From Thermodesulfobacteriota bacterium (GTDB lineage Bacteria; Desulfobacterota_D; UBA1144): a stretch of DNA of 15,806 nt. Location: assembly GCA_029246845.1 (NCBI GenBank), contig JAQWMJ010000014.1, positions 1-15,806 on the forward strand, read 5' to 3'. Shown here in pieces: positions 14,846 to 15,806 of this stretch. Both the position numbers and the translations under genes were made by a program. A model generated the notes under the pieces. The model saw only the letters and a list, made by a program, of their open reading frames with translations, was not told the origin of the DNA and searched no databases. The stretch's first letter is position 1; the number at the start of each line of letters is the position of its first letter.

Positions 14846-15805
14846 TTAGAAAAGATCAGCAAACCAGGTTTTCATGGAGCTGAAGACTTTTTTAAAGACC
14901 TGAGCTTCTCGAATTCTGATTTTAGAGCTTTTTGCTGCTTCCTGATTGTTTGATCCCCAGATTAAGAGACCGACTCCTGTGGCACATTCTGGCTTTGAAA
15001 CAAGTTCCTCTAGACCTGTGATCTGGTTAGGAACTCCTAGTCTGACAGGCATGTTGAGTATTTTCTGAGCTAAATAATCGGCACCTTTAATAGCCATTGA
15101 GCCTCCAGTTATAACACAACCGGCAGGTAACATATCATGATATCCAGACCTCATTATCTCTCTTCTTGCCATTGTGAATATTTCTTCAAGTCTTGGTTCA
15201 ACAATATTAGCAAGTTCGAGTTGACTAATTTTTTTTCTACCTGTACCAGCAATCTTATCAATTTTAATTTCATCATCACCATCAACAAGATCTGCCGAAG
15301 CAATTCCATATCTTTCTTTAATTTCTTTTGCCACTTGTTTAGAGGCGCCTAACCCAAATGAAATATCGTTATCGAGGAAGTCTCCCCCAATAGTTATATT
15401 GCTAGTATATTTAATAGCCCCATCTGAGAATACGGCTATATCAGTTGTACCTCCACCACAATCTAGTAGGACAACTCCGACATCCCTTTCATCAGCAGTC
15501 AAAACTGCTTCGCTAGATGCAATTTGCTCTAGAACTAAAGATTGAACATCAACACCAGAATTATGAACACATTTTACAAGATTCTTAGCTTGAGTAACTT
15601 GTGCGGTAACCATGTGGATCTTCGCTTCTAGCTTTACCCCGTAAAGCCCAACAGGGTCCTTAATTTTTCTTTCACCATCAACTATAAATTCTTGAGGCAT
15701 TACATGTATAACTTCTCTGTCTGCTGGCTGTGCGCCTGCAGTTGCTGATTCAATAACTCTATCTAAGTCCCTCTTTGTAACTTCTCTATTTCTTAGGGTT
15801 ATCAT
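14846..15805 (-). CDS. ftsA: Cell division protein FtsA, 5'-truncated by window edge
   Basis: IHVMPQEFIVDG...I.DPVGL.GVKLEAKIH, actin-like DCGGGTTD, GCVITGGS, PVRLG.P, ATGVGL, C-terminal amphipathic helix FKKVFSSMKTWFADLF. Upstream of ftsZ. The N-terminal phosphate-1 motif is missing, so the ATG at 15805 is internal. Confidence 0.97.
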   Translation of the reverse strand: MITLRNREVTKRDLDRVIESATAGAQPADREVIHVMPQEFIVDGERKIKDPVGLYGVKLEAKIHMVTAQVTQAKNLVKCVHNSGVDVQSLVLEQIASSEAVLTADERDVGVVLLDCGGGTTDIAVFSDGAIKYTSNITIGGDFLDNDISFGLGASKQVAKEIKERYGIASADLVDGDDEIKIDKIAGTGRKKISQLELANIVEPRLEEIFTMARREIMRSGYHDMLPAGCVITGGSMAIKGADYLAQKILNMPVRLGVPNQITGLEELVSKPECATGVGLLIWGSNNQEAAKSSKIRIREAQVFKKVFSSMKTWFADLF

Positions 15806-15806
15806 C

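Noticed and set aside
13907..15352. + strand ORFs antisense to ftsZ and ftsA, three of them in one frame
   Set aside because: The three ftsZ ORFs are the codon-mirror frame of ftsZ, kept largely open by codon usage and broken by stops; the ftsA one is a short antisense shadow. No protein-like signal.
1..15806. CRISPR array, IS element, prophage, tRNA/rRNA, replication origin or alternative genetic code
   Set aside because: No spaced repeats, transposase/integrase ORFs, cloverleafs or DnaA-box clusters were seen, and spacers are too short to hold them. TGA acts as a stop (2023-2025, 12564-12566) and all genes read intact in the standard bacterial code.

Overview
AT-rich, very gene-dense bacterial chromosomal segment read with the standard bacterial code, made almost entirely of housekeeping genes. 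By my count about 365 of 15806 nt are intergenic, so it is roughly 97-98% coding. Gene order: [5'-truncated PMM/PGM (algC-like) -> BtrH-like papain-fold protein] >< [groEL <- groES] <> [pcrA/uvrD -> PRX-like thioredoxin-fold protein -> DUF2103-like protein] >< [dnaE] <> [ftsY -> ribD -> nadD -> rsfS] >< [ftsZ <- 5'-truncated ftsA]. The compaction and the GroEL/FtsZ/FtsA sequence style suggest a streamlined deltaproteobacteria-like lineage such as marine Dadabacteria, but that is only an impression. I see no RNA gene, mobile element, intein, CRISPR array or defence island, and no clear-cut new system. Best leads: an orphan BtrH-like Cys-His-Asp enzyme coupled to PMM/PGM; the tightly coupled helicase-redoxin-DUF2103 trio; a bidirectional terminator whose loop is a stop codon; a CIRCE-less groESL promoter with a palindrome filling its spacer, interlocked with the pcrA promoter; and a DnaE PHP domain with all nine metal ligands.
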